A DNA stretch of 44,936 bases, taken from Candidatus Bathyarchaeia archaeon (lineage in GTDB: Archaea > Thermoproteota > Bathyarchaeia > Bathyarchaeales > Bathycorpusculaceae). Of this stretch, positions 44,505 through 44,936 are shown piece after piece. Each line of letters opens with the position of its first letter. Position 1 is the stretch's first letter. The position numbers and the translations under genes were made by a program. The notes beneath the pieces were generated by a model, which was not told where the DNA came from, searched no databases, and was given only the letters and a program-made list of their open reading frames with translations. Location: assembly GCA_035292005.1 (NCBI GenBank), contig DATDQZ010000085.1:1-44936 (forward strand). The letters are read 5' to 3'.

Positions 44505-44936
44505 GAAGCTTAAGTCGGGGCTAAAGGGTCTCGTAAACAAAGTAACCACAACTGAGCTTAAGGCTGAAAACCTGCGTCCTATTCTTCAGGATTTTAAGAT
44601 TAACCTTGCAGAGAACGATGTTGCGCTTCCAGTGGCAGACCGCATATGCGACGCGCTTGAAAAGCGGTTAACAGGCGTTCAGGTTAAGCGCTTGGAAGAC
44701 CGCAAGAAAATTGTTGAAGAGAACCTGCGGCAAGTGCTGCTGGAAGTCATGGTCACAAACAACAAAATCGACCTGCAGAAGAAGGCTGAGGAAAAACGCA
44801 AAAAAGGCGAACCGTTCGTGCTGCTTTTTGTAGGCATAAACGGGACTGGAAAGACAACGACTATAGCAAAGGTCGCGCAGTTCCTTCGGGATAAGAGCTA
44901 CTCAGTCGTGCTTGCTTGCAGCGACACTTACCGCGC
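44497..44936 (+). CDS. ftsY: Signal recognition particle receptor FtsY (3' end lies outside the window)
   Basis: MFEKLKSGLKGLVNKV ... FVLLFVGINGTGKTTTIAKVA (P-loop) ... ACSDTYR. ATG 44497 overlaps the pfdA stop by 8 nt. The frame is open to the window end. Confidence 0.9.
   Translation, partial: MFEKLKSGLKGLVNKVTTTELKAENLRPILQDFKINLAENDVALPVADRICDALEKRLTGVQVKRLEDRKKIVEENLRQVLLEVMVTNNKIDLQKKAEEKRKKGEPFVLLFVGINGTGKTTTIAKVAQFLRDKSYSVVLACSDTYR

Overview
This is an archaeal chromosomal segment, shown by archaea-specific genes (RNase P Rpp21, S19e, L39e, L31e, LX, aIF6, prefoldin alpha). I cannot assign a lineage from sequence alone. From left to right the window holds five blocks. (1) The tail of a PfkB sugar kinase, then purQ-purL-purS-purM on the minus strand with overlapping stop/start codons. 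(2) tRNA-Gly(CCC), followed by an MNT/HEPN toxin-antitoxin pair that is bracketed by a 59-nt direct repeat of the tRNA 3' part, which looks like an attL/attR footprint with no integrase. (3) An MBL-fold hydrolase and two orphan ORFs. (4) A roughly 27.5-kb, strictly co-directional surface-glycan locus (8.0-35.5 kb). It encodes 5 GT2 and 1 GT4 glycosyltransferases, gmd/fcl, an epimerase, a DegT aminotransferase, 3 methyltransferases, a deacetylase, a FemAB-like transferase, a nitroreductase, galU- and ugd-like genes, and two very large polytopic membrane proteins, one of them 1452 aa. The locus has a scar of gene fragments at 12.8-13.2 kb, where the sequence switches to a visibly AT-richer block (about 13.2-33.2 kb). 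(5) The conserved archaeal string rnp4-yhbY-rps19e-PDCD5-like-rpl39e-rpl31e-eif6-rplX-pfdA-ftsY, interrupted twice. One interruption is a 3-gene islet containing an EVE/PUA-like + PD-(D/E)xK nuclease fusion, a candidate modification-dependent restriction enzyme. The other is an MFS transporter plus a Cys-containing membrane protein, the latter flanked by a roughly 46-nt direct repeat. I saw no CRISPR array, transposase, integrase or rRNA. All homology calls come from motif recognition by eye, not from searches.
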